DNA of 30,289 nt from a virus (lineage: Duplodnaviria; Caudoviricetes), in the IMG/VR virus record IMGVR_UViG_3300031510_000027, positions 1-30,289 of that record; one strand, given 5' to 3'. Under the pieces are notes generated by a model that saw nothing but the letters and a program-made list of their open reading frames with translations, had not been told where the DNA came from and did no database searches. Positions within the stretch are counted from its first letter, which is position 1. Each line of letters starts with the position of its first letter. Positions 7,647-20,300 of this stretch are shown piece by piece. The position numbers were made by a program, and so were the translations under genes.

Positions 7647-8372
7647 TTAGTATCCAGTATTACTTCCTGAAGTTGTTCCGCTTACAGTATTTGATGTTGA
7701 TAATGCTGTAGAACTTGTTTCAGTGAATGTTGTTAATGATTGTATTCTCAAAGTGTAATCAATTTGGATTAATCTGTTTAAAGATTTTTGTACTGGGTGA
7801 AATACTACGTGTGTTAACAATTTGTTTGTACCACCGTTCTCTGTTCCTTCCCATGATTTTAATCCTAATTCGTCAAAAACATAATCACCGTTAAAATTTG
7901 TTGTGTTGTCAAAAGCCGCTTGTCCTGTTGGCTCACCGTAGTCAAGTGTACAAGTAACAACAATGTCAGTGTACTTGTTACCTGCTGTGTGTCTTACTTC
8001 CATTTTGTTTCTTGTTACATCTTTGTTAGTAGCAGAATTATCATCTATTACTTTATAATATGTTTGATTGTACAGTGCGGCGTTTGTACCAGTTGAGTTT
8101 GGCGTTAGGTATGTAATAACTCCTGTTGTATCTACAGATGTTCCGCCGTTTCCTAGTGCTAACTCGTGTACAAAACCGTTTGATTTATTTGCTAATGAGT
8201 TTGCTAATGCCTGAGACATATTTTCATAGTGAATAGCATTTCTTTTGTCTACTATTACTTCACCAGTTTCAGGGTCAAATATCTTAATATGCCCTGTCAT
8301 CATAACACCTGTGTTATCCTGGGGCTTTTTGTTTTCTTCTTTTGATTCTGTGTGTTTAGTCTCTTGTGTCAT
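7647..8372 (-). CDS. Baseplate structural protein (T4 gp8 position; possibly related to fibre-attachment domains)
   Basis: 241 aa directly after the giant wedge gene. Motifs GHIKIFD...KRNAIH, LALGNGG, FDELGL, LLTHVVFHPVQKS..R.IQIDYTLRI; Ser/Thr tail ending GY. Function inferred from synteny. Confidence 0.6.
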   Translation of the reverse strand: MTQETKHTESKEENKKPQDNTGVMMTGHIKIFDPETGEVIVDKRNAIHYENMSQALANSLANKSNGFVHELALGNGGTSVDTTGVITYLTPNSTGTNAALYNQTYYKVIDDNSATNKDVTRNKMEVRHTAGNKYTDIVVTCTLDYGEPTGQAAFDNTTNFNGDYVFDELGLKSWEGTENGGTNKLLTHVVFHPVQKSLNRLIQIDYTLRIQSLTTFTETSSTALSTSNTVSGTTSGSNTGY

Positions 8373-8378
8373 CTAGTG

Positions 8379-8385
8379 TATTTAT
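8379..8385 (-). promoter_or_regulatory. Putative late promoter (ATAAATA) overlapping the upstream stop codon
   Basis: Minus strand GAATAAATA-CACTAG-ATG; 6 nt to the ATG, no SD. Confidence 0.55.
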
Positions 8386-11300
8386 TCAGGTGCATTTGTC
8401 GGCTCGTCAGCTATGAATCTAGCTTGTTGAGTCGTAGAAGCCTGTAATCCTTTACCATTTGCTGGATTACCATCTGCTCCTGTATACCAAACCTGTCCTT
8501 TCTTGTGTAAGATTTTAATCTGTGTTCCGTCAGCCGGTACAGTGCTTAAAGTCACTGTTGTGCTAGATCCGTCCACAGAGTAGTTAATAGTTGATCCATC
8601 CTCGCTAGTAAGCAACAATCGTTGGCCACCAATGAATATGTCTAACTCACTAGCAGAGGCTGGGGTTTGTGATAGTGCAAATACTGTTGTACTGCCGTTA
8701 CCTGTGAAGGTATTGGTATGTACAGTGTCTGCATAAGGTATGGTTTGAGTAGCTGACGCATCTACCACTTCGGCGCCTGATCCATGTACCTTAATTCCTG
8801 TTCCAAGAGTTCCACGTTTAATTTGTCCTAATACGTTAGTTGTCTTGGTAAAATATTCTATTCTCTCTTTGTCTATAAAGATTACACCTGGTTGATTACT
8901 TGCTATATCCGGTGTAGGCATTATACTTCCGTCTTTGACCGTAATAGTTTTAGAACCTTCTATTAGATCTTGTGTTAGTTCTGTTGTTGCATTTTTATTG
9001 ATACGTTTGTAGAAAGTTCTATTCAACATATCTTTGAAAATTCTAAATCCTGTGGCTCCTGTTGCTGATTCTAAAGCAAAGTACATAATATCTAATCTGT
9101 CTGACGATACTATTGTTTTGCCAAAAACTGTTATCGTGTTGCCACTTAATGTGTAATCAATATTCTGTATTAACTGCACTCCGTTTAACCAAACATACGT
9201 GTATGTAGAATTTAGTGGATTAAATCTCAATTTAAATATGCCGTTTGCTCTACCTTCTAAAACTTCTCTTCTATGTTTCATACCAAGTGCATTGTTAAAT
9301 GTTGTTACCGAAAGTTTATCACCATTGCTAATTGAGTACGGTGATGTAATAGCACCTGGAATTAAAATAATATCTGTACCTTGATTGTAATAGTGGTTGT
9401 CAACCAGCGTTGAAATACAAATTACATCTGTTGATGTCGGACTTGTAACAAAGATAACATTTTGACCTCCAATGTCCACTGTGTAGTCTGTGTTGAGTAA
9501 TTTTTGTACACCATTCACAAACACTTGAACTTGATTTGCATTTGTAATATTTTTTGCAGGATCAACTGTTGAGTCATCACCTAACCCTGATACTACTCCG
9601 TAAGTGTATGTGCTTCCGTCACCAACGTAATATGTATTGTCTGGGCCTCTTAATACTCTGCCGTTTACTTCTATTGTTGTTAATCCTGAGAATGGACCAA
9701 TCGATCCAGCTGGGTAAGTTAATGTGTATCTGTTAGTTCCACTAACATATGTTACTTCTTGATTTCGTACACTAGCAAAACTTCTTGTGCTTGTTGTAGA
9801 TTTATTAAATCCTGCAACTTGTATAAATGTGTTGGCCGCCGGAGCTGAATTGAATGTTACTGTGACTGCGTTTGCAGTTGTCGTAGTTGTGAATGCTGTT
9901 GTCGGCACACCATTAATAGTAATGTAAACATCAGATACTGTCGAGTCTAAATTAAACTCACCTCTTGTTGACGTTTTAAATTGTGTTGTTGAACCATCAC
10001 CTGTGTATTGATCCAATACTCTATAATTCTCTCCGCTGATTGCAAATACTTTTGTCGATACAGAACTGTTAGATGCCGGAGCTGATCCAAATGTAATTGT
10101 TTTGTTTGCTACATTTACTGTATAATCTGTTGTTAATTTTTTAACCGATCCATTAACACTTACTGTTACTGATCCAATTGTTCCTGGATAGTCTCCAATT
10201 GAGAATGTTGTTAGGGTTCCGTTACCAATATAATTGTTTTCGCTTATGAACGGTACACCAGACTCTGGAGATGTGTAAACTTTAATGTCCACTGTGTCAA
10301 ACATTTGTCCTGGAACTGTTTCTTCTGGAGCATAACTTGTATCTGGACTTATAAAATCATCACCTTCTAATAAAATATCACTTGGTGCATGCCCTAGTGC
10401 CGATGTAAACAATCCACCTTTAACAATTGAATCTAATGTTCTATCATCAGTCGGCGTTAGTACTCCATCATCATCAAATGGTATGAATTCTACCAATGCA
10501 TTTGAATCTGCTGTTTCACTAATATTAAAAGTAACTGTTGACCCGTCACCTCTGATTACATCTGTAAGTTTTCTTCTTGTGCTATCTCCATGTGTTATGT
10601 ACACTTGATATAAATCTGTTGTTGTGGGTGCAGTAGCAAAAGTATAAGCAGTTGTTGATCCGTCTGCTGTAAATGCCTTAACTCTCGATTGTCCATAGTT
10701 GTCCCATGGGAAATCATACCACCCTGCTTTATCCCACCCTGATTCTTGTGAGAATAATAATCCTGTAACCATTGTTCCGCCATAATCAACACCTGTCATT
10801 ACTTGTGACAGTTCGTTGCCTGGCATTCCTGAGCCTGGTGTGTAAAACCCTTTTGTTCTGTCAGCGGCTGTTAGTCCTGTTTCGTTACCGTACACTTTAT
10901 ATACATTGCCTTTGTTATCATCAAATTTTGTAGTTGCTGTAAAGGCACTTGTTGCTTTGTACAATTGATTACTATATCTAATTAAATCTCCATATGCAAA
11001 GTATGTAGATGCTTTCCATTCTTTAACGTTCGATGTGCTTGATACTCTATCAAATTTAATTGTTGTGTTAAAATCTCTAACAAGATCATTGTTTAAATTT
11101 GCATATGCTTTAGCTGTGTCAGTCGGTGTTCCGCCAAGAGTCAATCCGCCTGTTAACATAACTGTTGGTGTTGTTGTATAATTTGCACCTGTGTCTGTTA
11201 GTGTAATTTTTGTAACTGCACCATTTTGAATTGTTGCTATTCCTTTTGCTGTTGTTGTACTAGGAGCAACATACATTTTAAATGTTCCAGATTTTGTAGT

Positions 11301-14300
11301 TTGTGCATGATTTGTCGATCCGGTTGGCATATAAAATGTGCCTACTATACCATCAAAGGTGTGTGTATGTGTTGTTCCACTTCCGCTGTTTTGTGTATCA
11401 TAAACTTTTGCTTGTTGTTCACTAGTAAACAAGGGATAGTAATATCCATAATTGCCTGATGTTCCACCACTCGAGCTTGTTGCTTGTATTTGGAATGGTC
11501 CTGTACTACCTACTGTTCCACCTAATACCGTAACATCAGGAGCAACATCATACCCTGAACCACCTTTTGTTATTATTATTGAAGAAACATATTTTTTATG
11601 ATAGTCATTCCACATTTGATATGGAAGCTCAGTTAGTTTAGCAGTGTCTATATTAACGTCTAGTGGTCTAATTTTTTTAGTTTTTGTGTCATATAACGGA
11701 GGATTATCAAAGTCTGTAAATATTCCGTCCTGTGTTTCTGTGCCTGTATACCCTAATTTGTATTCTCTTAATTTTGTATGGAATGGTTTTACTTCGTTTA
11801 TATAACTTTCAATCCAAGCATCTGTGCCTGTTTCATAACTCTTTCTTTGATCTAATTTTCTAACAGAGTTTTTAACATTTATAAATGATGTTTTGAATAA
11901 CCAATCTACATATGTTTGCTCTGCTAGTACTTTTCTTAATCCTGTAAAGAATAAAGTATTATATTCTCCTGCAAGGTCTCCAATAAACAAATCATCTCTC
12001 AATGCGGTAAGTATCATTCTTGTTTCGTTTGCTGGTTCTTGGTCAAAGAAGTTTTCATCAAATGTATCATCACCAGCAAAACCTGTAGCGTCTTGTGTGT
12101 AATCGTAAAGTTTTGTTGACAATCTAACTGTGCCATTCTCTGTTCCTACGTTCTCCCACCCTGTTGTTGTTTTCATAAACAGTTTCCAGCCGCCTGTATC
12201 TGCACTAGTAACTTTAACATGTTTTCCAATAGAAAGATCTAGTCCGTCTAATTCATATTCATATGTAACTTGTTTGTCGATTTTTGTATTCGAATCATGT
12301 AGCATTCCGTGTATTGCTAGATCAGTACCGTACCAATCTGTGTAATTCCAATATGTAGAAGTGTTATATGTTTGTAATTTTGTTCTAGAAAATTCTGTGC
12401 CATCCCAAGTGTATATTGCCCAAAAGTTATTTGATGTTTCGTCTGCTTTGACCAAATATTTTACTGTTCCGGATAAGTCTGCTGTATTAATGTATTTTAA
12501 GTCTGCATAAGTGTCAACTGTTGCGTCCCATTCTAAACTCTGTACTGTTGGCTCTGGTTCTTTAGCATCTAGGTTTGTTAGATTAATTTGTCCAACTAGT
12601 TGATATTTTTTAAGAACGTTGTTTGCATAATCAATAATTTCTTTCAGTGCATCAAATCTATTCACGTACCAACTCTGTCTCGGACGTATGCTGTTTCCAT
12701 ATCTTTGGTTTATTGGTAGATCTATATCTGGAACTTTGTCGCCTGCTGTGTTTTGTCCTATTAGTGAATCCCACCAACGTTTTTCTATCTGTGTTCCTGG
12801 TCTATAATCTTTGTCGCCTTCTCTTGCTAGTTTCCATACCGAGTGCGAATCCCCTTCAAACGTATTAGATCTAATATCAACACTTAAAATTATATCACCA
12901 TTTACTAGATTAGATATATTATTAAGAATAAATTTGTTTGTGTCTGTGATTGAATAATATTTGAAGTCGTATTGTTTTGGATTTCTAATTAGATTTGCTG
13001 TGAACAATATACTGTTGTTTCTTTTAACTACACTATTTGCCGGTATACTAGAGACATCTTTCGCCCAAAAGTAATAGCAATCAACAAAAGTATCTAGTGT
13101 TGAATTATATTTTTGTTTTATTGTATATTTGTTTTCATCTAGTGCGTTAGCTGATCTACCTGCACTGATTGACTCAGTGTTATACTGTTCAGGTGATAAT
13201 AGAGACTCAGTCCATTCGTAAATGTCTATGCTAGATCCTGGGAAAGTGTTACCCCAGTTGTTAATTTTGTACTCTTGACTGCCTTGTTCATACCAAAGCC
13301 ATTTCACTGCAGATAAATCCCACCAAACTTCTCCTATGTGTGTTTCTGCCCAAGGTGTTTTAGTATTTGCATTTTCTCCAGTATTATATTGTGCTGGATC
13401 CCATGTTGTTTTAATATTAATTTCTCTGTCTGCTATTCCAAGAATTCTTCCTTTTATAGGATCATACAAGTCGTAATGATCTCTAATTTCTTTAGATCTA
13501 TTATCAAATTCAAATACCTGTCCTACTTTTTCGAGATCAATTAGTGCAGTTTCAGTAACAGTATTGTTCCATGAATATTTGCCGTTTTCTTTTAAATCAA
13601 AAACGGTAACTGTTCCATCGTTTGCAATTTTTGTGCTTCCATCGGCTGACGTGTTCCCATCATCTTTTGGAGCTCCGATAACCACTGCATTATCCACTAC
13701 ACATGTACCTCTGCCAAAATCATCCATAGCACTAACGTTATCAGTCATTAATCTATCATCAATTATAAATTTTGTATTATACATTGTGGCAGTGTATGCT
13801 CCGCCCGACTGTATATTATTGTCAACAAGTCCTGTATCCTGTAAATCAAATGTTGTCTCTCCTAAATCTATTTTCATGTTTCTAGGACTTGCAAAACTTT
13901 CAGCACCTATCACTAACCTGTTTCCGGATGGATTAATTGCAAGTGTAGTTCCAAACTTCATATTGATTTGTGAGTCTGGTGCATTAACTGTTTGTTGTAA
14001 TGTATACGTGCTCGTGGATCCGTCTGCGTTCCATTTGTAATAATATATTGCTCCGGCATCTGCTTGATCTGATTTATCAACCCCTGGAGCACCTATCATT
14101 AATGTTGTTCCGTCTTTGCTCATTGTTAATGCTTCACCAAATGCTGTGTTTAAACTTGACCCATCAGCACTTGTTCCTTCTAATGTTTGTACATGAGTAA
14201 ATGAATGATTTGTGCTGTCATCATTTGCCTGTGATGTTCTTACAAATATTTCTACTTTGCCTGCTTGTCCTGGTGCTACAGAACTAACAGCAAGTATGTC

Positions 14301-17300
14301 ACCGTTATCGTTTGCTTCTAATCTATGACCAAATCTTTTACCCTGACCTGGATCAGAAGATGTTATTACTAAATTTTGTGACCATCTGCTATACGTAGAA
14401 CCATCTGCTCCAACACCCCATTCATACATATAAATTCTACCTGTATCTGTACCAAATCCTGGTGCTGATGCAAATAGATATTTTACTGGTGTGCTTCTTA
14501 CTGAATCTGCTCCAGGCTCACAAATTTTATGTGCCCATCCAAAATTTTGAGATGCTTGATCAAATGGTGGTAGTTTTGTAGTCAATGTTCCATACTTAAA
14601 TGTACTTGGATTCCAAACAAATATTTTAAGTAATCCTGCGTCTGCAAATCTTGTACTTCCATCAGATCCAAGTGAATTTGTATAAGGTCCGCCTGCTACA
14701 ATAAAGTTTTCGTCTGTACTCATTGATAATGATTCACCTAACTTGCCTGTAAAGTCATTTCCAGCAGATGTTGTAATTACTGATTGCGTTGCAAACGTTG
14801 ATCCTGCTGTTGCTTCTCTTCTAAACAAGAAGTTTATATTTCCTTGTCCTAGACCTGGCGCTGACACAACTAATGTTCTTCCGTCATTCCTAGCAACAAT
14901 CTGTTGTCCAAAGTGTTGGCCTGCTGTTGTGGTATCTGGTGATAGTTGTAACGTTGTTGCGTACGGATCTTGTTTTTCGTACACACGCCATAACCCTGAG
15001 CTGTCAGCATCTGTAAATACTGTGTCACCAGTTCTGCCTATATTTTCTAGTTTGTCTTGATAATCAGCATAACTTAATAGGTCATTCACATTATCCATAG
15101 ATGATAATCTTACTGAAATAAATTTGTAAATGTTTCCATAAGAATCAGCTGTTGATCCATCTGCTAATGTTTCTGAGAATGGTGTGTTTAGAGAAAAATC
15201 TATAACAATATTCTTGTGATCTACTACAGATAATACTTGATACACGCCATCTAAATTTTCAGTTTTAGAATTTGTTATGCCGAAATAATCCGATTGACTA
15301 GTTGTCGTTCCTGCGGATAATCCATGAGAATCTGTAAATGTTATTTGTAATTGTGAATCATCATTGATTCTTTTAAGTTGCTGTATTTTGTACGATTGAT
15401 TTGTTAATCTAAATACGTCCCAATCACTGTTTGATTTGTTCGCTACCCATATCAATTCATTTTGCGTAACTCTAGTCATGTCAAGTTTCAACAAATCAGA
15501 TATATTAAATGCTGTATGGTGTACCTGTCCTAGTTGTGGATATCCTGCTGTTTTATAAACCTGTGCATGGTCTCTGCTACTGCCTTCTTTAGAATAATCT
15601 AATCTACTAAAAGTTGTTGCGGCATTATAATCTACTGGTTTGTAATACATGTCACTTTTGACTATTGCATCTGATCTTGTGTACTCAACTTTTTCGTTTG
15701 ATGTGTCAAATAACTCAAAACTATTTGGATTTGCTGTTATTACATCGTCATGTAAACGAATCTGTATGTTTTCAATCGAATCTGTATTTCCAAACTGTCC
15801 TGTTCTTAACATCCACTCTGGGTATAAATCAAGTGCAATATCTTGATCTTCATATTTGGCTTTCAATAATCTATCTATTGCATTTTGTGTTCCTTTTTCT
15901 CTGATATACCCTTGATAAAATTTGTACTGTGATACATCGTTAACAAATAAGTTTTCTAAATAATCTCGAGATTGATACCCGATTAATTTTTGTGCTAGTT
16001 TCTGTTGCGATTCATCAAAGTTAGTTGTTTCTAAATTATAAAAATCATTAAACTGTGATATCTTATAATCAAAGTTTGGAATTAATTGTGGTGCTGGTTT
16101 TTCATCTTTTAATATCCATTGTGAAACATCAAATGATGACGTTGCTCCATGATTAAATCTTGCCACATAAAATTTACCTTGATATTCTATGCTGTCGCCT
16201 ATTCTATAATCTGTATTAGCAGTCCAATACGTTACCTGTGCAGAATCAAATATAAATCCAGGTGCATAGTAATCTCCATTCCACCCTGCTGTTTTCCAAC
16301 CTACTACTTTTAATCGGTTCTGTCTGAATCCTGTTGTAGGTTCATGAATTATGTCTGCGAACACTGTTTTGTTATCAAACAAAATAATATGTTCTTTTTG
16401 CACAGTGTTTAGTGCTATGTGATACAGTCCAATATTTTCATCTTTTATTTCTAAATCAAAAGTTTTACCTATTCTTTTTGTAGAAACTTGTCTTATAGGT
16501 ATTTTTCTTCCGCCTGCATCTAACAATGAATAATCTCCAGCTAAATTTTGTAACTTGCCTACTATCGAATTGTCTGTGTCTAACTCAAACCCGTGTGCCG
16601 CAGGTGAAACTGTTACTGCTGAGCCAGGTGCCCACTCTTGTGTCGTCCAAAATAAAAATTCTCTTACTGCATTTGACCAGTTTAATGTTTCTTTAATCTC
16701 ATTTGAATATTTGTTAAATCTAAAACCTTGTGCTTCTAAGTAGTTTCCGTATCCTAGTAAGAAGTCTGCAACTTCTTGAACTGTGTTAAACACATAACCA
16801 TATGGTATAGTTTGTACTGCTTCTTTAAAGATATTATATCCTATTACTTCCACTGATCCTGCTACTGATAGTTTATTTCCTACTGCTGTTTTGACAGGAT
16901 ATTTAAATTTGAAATATGGATCAGTTGTCGAATACCCTAAAACTTTAAATCCTCCTAGTAGTGTTGATCCGTCATGTGAAACATCTGTATTCTTTTCTAT
17001 AAGAACACCTGAATAATTAAAACTTTTAATAGCGTTCGATGTTCTAAACATTATTTTGTAGTTTTCGTCTGGAATAAATTTAGATCCCGATGTAGAACCT
17101 GGTGACGTCGAATCTGTTAATATTTTTAAATTGTCTTTGTCTGTAAACCCGCCTAGCTTATATGCTAATTGTGTTTTAAGATTCGACATTTTTTTGTAGT
17201 ACAAAGGATTCGGATCAAGATTTTTCGATGTTATATAACCAACAACCAACGGCTGGTATCCTGCTGTAAGATATGTCGTTGTTACTCCGGTTGCAGTATT

Positions 17301-20300
17301 TGTCGATGTTTGTAAATGATACTTTGTAGTTTTAAGTGTTTTTCTAATTTCAGTGTCCTTATCTATTTGGTTTCCACCAATATTTGTTGTTTGCCTAGAC
17401 GGGTCAAACATATTAGAAAAGAATCTAGCTGGCTGTGTTAGTGCTAACGTTTTAATTACAGTAAACGGATATGATGATGATCTTCTCCAAGATGTTTCTG
17501 ACGGTGCTTGGTCTCCAAACTTCCATCCGGATCTTCTTCCTGGAATATTTAAAGCATCTACTAGTCCAGCTGTAATAGGATCTAATAAATTTCCTGATGC
17601 ATCAACTGGCAAATAATTTTTAATACCCGGCTTGCTGTATCTGCCTGTTTGTGTTTCAATAGCTGTCCATAATACATCATTGCCGGATGTGTAAGGTGCT
17701 GTCCCGTATGTTGCGTTCCAGGTACTTGGTTTTTCTGAATGTCCTAGCATCTCCCATGGTCTTACATGCGGTGCATCAGTGTCGTAAAAATATTTGTATA
17801 TGCCTCTCCAATACCCCGGTAACTTTTCGTTTTTAACTCTGTCAGTACTGTTTGCGTAGTTGTATGTGAATGGCGATCCTTCTGAGAACGTAGTGTTATT
17901 AATGTATTGTACATTGTTACGGCCTGCCCATGTGTGGAAGTCTCTAGACATAACACCATCTACTTCAGCTAGACTATAATCTGTTGCTGTAAACACACTT
18001 GGTGTTACATCGCATATGTGTGATAATGATCCGTCATATACTGTTTTAATATTGTTATAAATTCTTCTCTCTAATTCTATTATTAAATCATCTCTTTCAT
18101 CACCGTACGCTTTAATAAAAGAACCATCATGTTTTCTAATCATAGAAGTTGTTGTTATATAAGTGTCATCTAATATTACTTCTGGTTTGAATTTCGGATA
18201 CATTCCAAGTTTAGTCGGACTTGGTGGCATGTAACTGCCTTTGGTGTCTGCGTAATCTTTTATAACAATAGTATTACCTTCTGCAAGTGGTCTTGTTACT
18301 GTTATACTGTCGTCTACTGTGCTAAAAGTATAATCAGAGCCTACTAATAAAAGTTCACCATTCAAATAAATGTACACTGCTCTATTGCTTAACGCAGTTA
18401 TATCATGTTGTGAATCGATTGCATATTCTGTTTGTGTTGCTCCTGCAACTATGTGTGTTCTAGTCGAAACATTTTCTCCCCAGCCTATCATATCCTCATA
18501 ATAGAATGGGAAAGATGTAGTTCTTCCTGGTGTAATTGCTTTTATAATTTCATCAACTCTATCTCTTGCAACGCCTTCGTATGCTGTTTTCACTGCATGA
18601 GTTAAAAATGCACTGTACCATTTTTCGTATTCTAAATTCACATAATCTAGTGCTAACGAAAGATTTGACTCACTGTCTATTAATCCAAAAATTGCTGGTA
18701 GTAATGATCCTTCATGTTGTATTATTGTTCCACCTTTTAATCTAGCATCGGGCTTGTCTCTTAAATTTGATGTTCCTGGTATTTGTCCTGTTACATCTTG
18801 ATTTTTATCAAACATGTCATAAACATGATTTAATATTTGACCATATGTGAATGTACCTAATGCTTCATTCTCACAGTTTGTAGACAAATTTTCCGGTACT
18901 TCATATATGCCTTTGTTTACAATTTTATTAGCAGAGCTGTAACCTGCTATTCTTATCTGATCGCCTACTTTTAAGTTTTTAATAAATTTAATATATTTGT
19001 TTGTTGTTCCGTTAACTAGTGTGTAGTCTGTTGTTATTGTTTTTCTTACTCCATTAACTTTTACTGATAATTCTAAATCTGTTAGTGCCGCAGAATTTTT
19101 GTAAAAGTCAACTGCGAATAATTGTGATTCCGTCGAGTCAGCTATGTGTGTTCTGATAACTCTCTGTTTACTGTTGTTAGTTCTTTTGACCCAAGGTCCT
19201 CTATAATTTTGAAGAGTAGTCAATGACGTGTAATGTAAGTGTCCCGATGCTAATCTTTTAGAAACTGTTTTTTCGCCTAATTTGTAAGTGAACGAATCTG
19301 ATGTATGATCCGAATCAAACATTATGTTACCTACATTATTAATAGTACTATATTTGACCTTCATTCCAAGTACAGTGTCAGTAACAGCAGTATCGCTAGT
19401 TGCAAAAGAAAAAATCTTTGCTCCTGCAAATGACGAACTTGGATATTTTATAGCATCATCAAACGATGTCAGTGACTCGTCGAATATGTTGAACAACGGT
19501 TCTTGATTGAGTTTTGTTTTTTGTTGCGAGTCTACCCAAAGTTTTGTTGTCGAATCATAGTAAAGAGTTTTTCCTTGATGTGCTGTTCCGTATTCTATAA
19601 AAATTGATTCATTATCTGCCGGTGACCCGTCTGTTGCTTTTGTTAGTGCTATAAGCTGTGTTGAATCTCCTGCGTTAACAAAGTTTACATTATAAATTAT
19701 TCCGCTTACTAACGGATCTGTGTCGTTAGCAAAAACAATTCTCATTCCGTCTGCTAGTGCTAATCCGTCAACAATATAACCTGTTTGTTTAACCACTGTT
19801 GAGAAAGCATCTGTTGTAACTGTGTCATACAACGTTACAGATCTTTTAGCAACTGTTCCGTGATTGTACAGTTCTAGACCTGAGTCAAATTCTATAATAG
19901 GTCTTTTTGCTCTATCGTCTTCATTTAAAACAGGAGTAAATCCACTGATTCTTGCTGTTTCTTCAATTACAGATCTGTGAAACCATCTGTTATATCTTGA
20001 CCAAGCATTTTGATCACGTGAATCTCTTTTAATTGTGATATAGTCTTTATCTTTTGCTGTGTAAACTGCTTTAGCATATGGTCTTGTATCGTAACCGACT
20101 GCATCATAAGGAACAGTAGCTTCCTCAGAATATGGTCCAGGAGTAATTAAATCATCCACATCAGTAAGTGTGATCGATTCTCCAACACCTTCTACATAAT
20201 ATTGTTTGTTTTTATATTCTTCAGATATTGCACCATCATCAAATGTTATCTTCATTCCATTTGATAAATCTAAAGTTCTTAAACTGTAATTTTTTACACC

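Noticed and set aside
10595-17959. Nested minus-strand ORFs at 10595-10792 and 17762-17959
   Set aside because: They are short alternative-frame ORFs inside the giant gene with no recognisable motifs.
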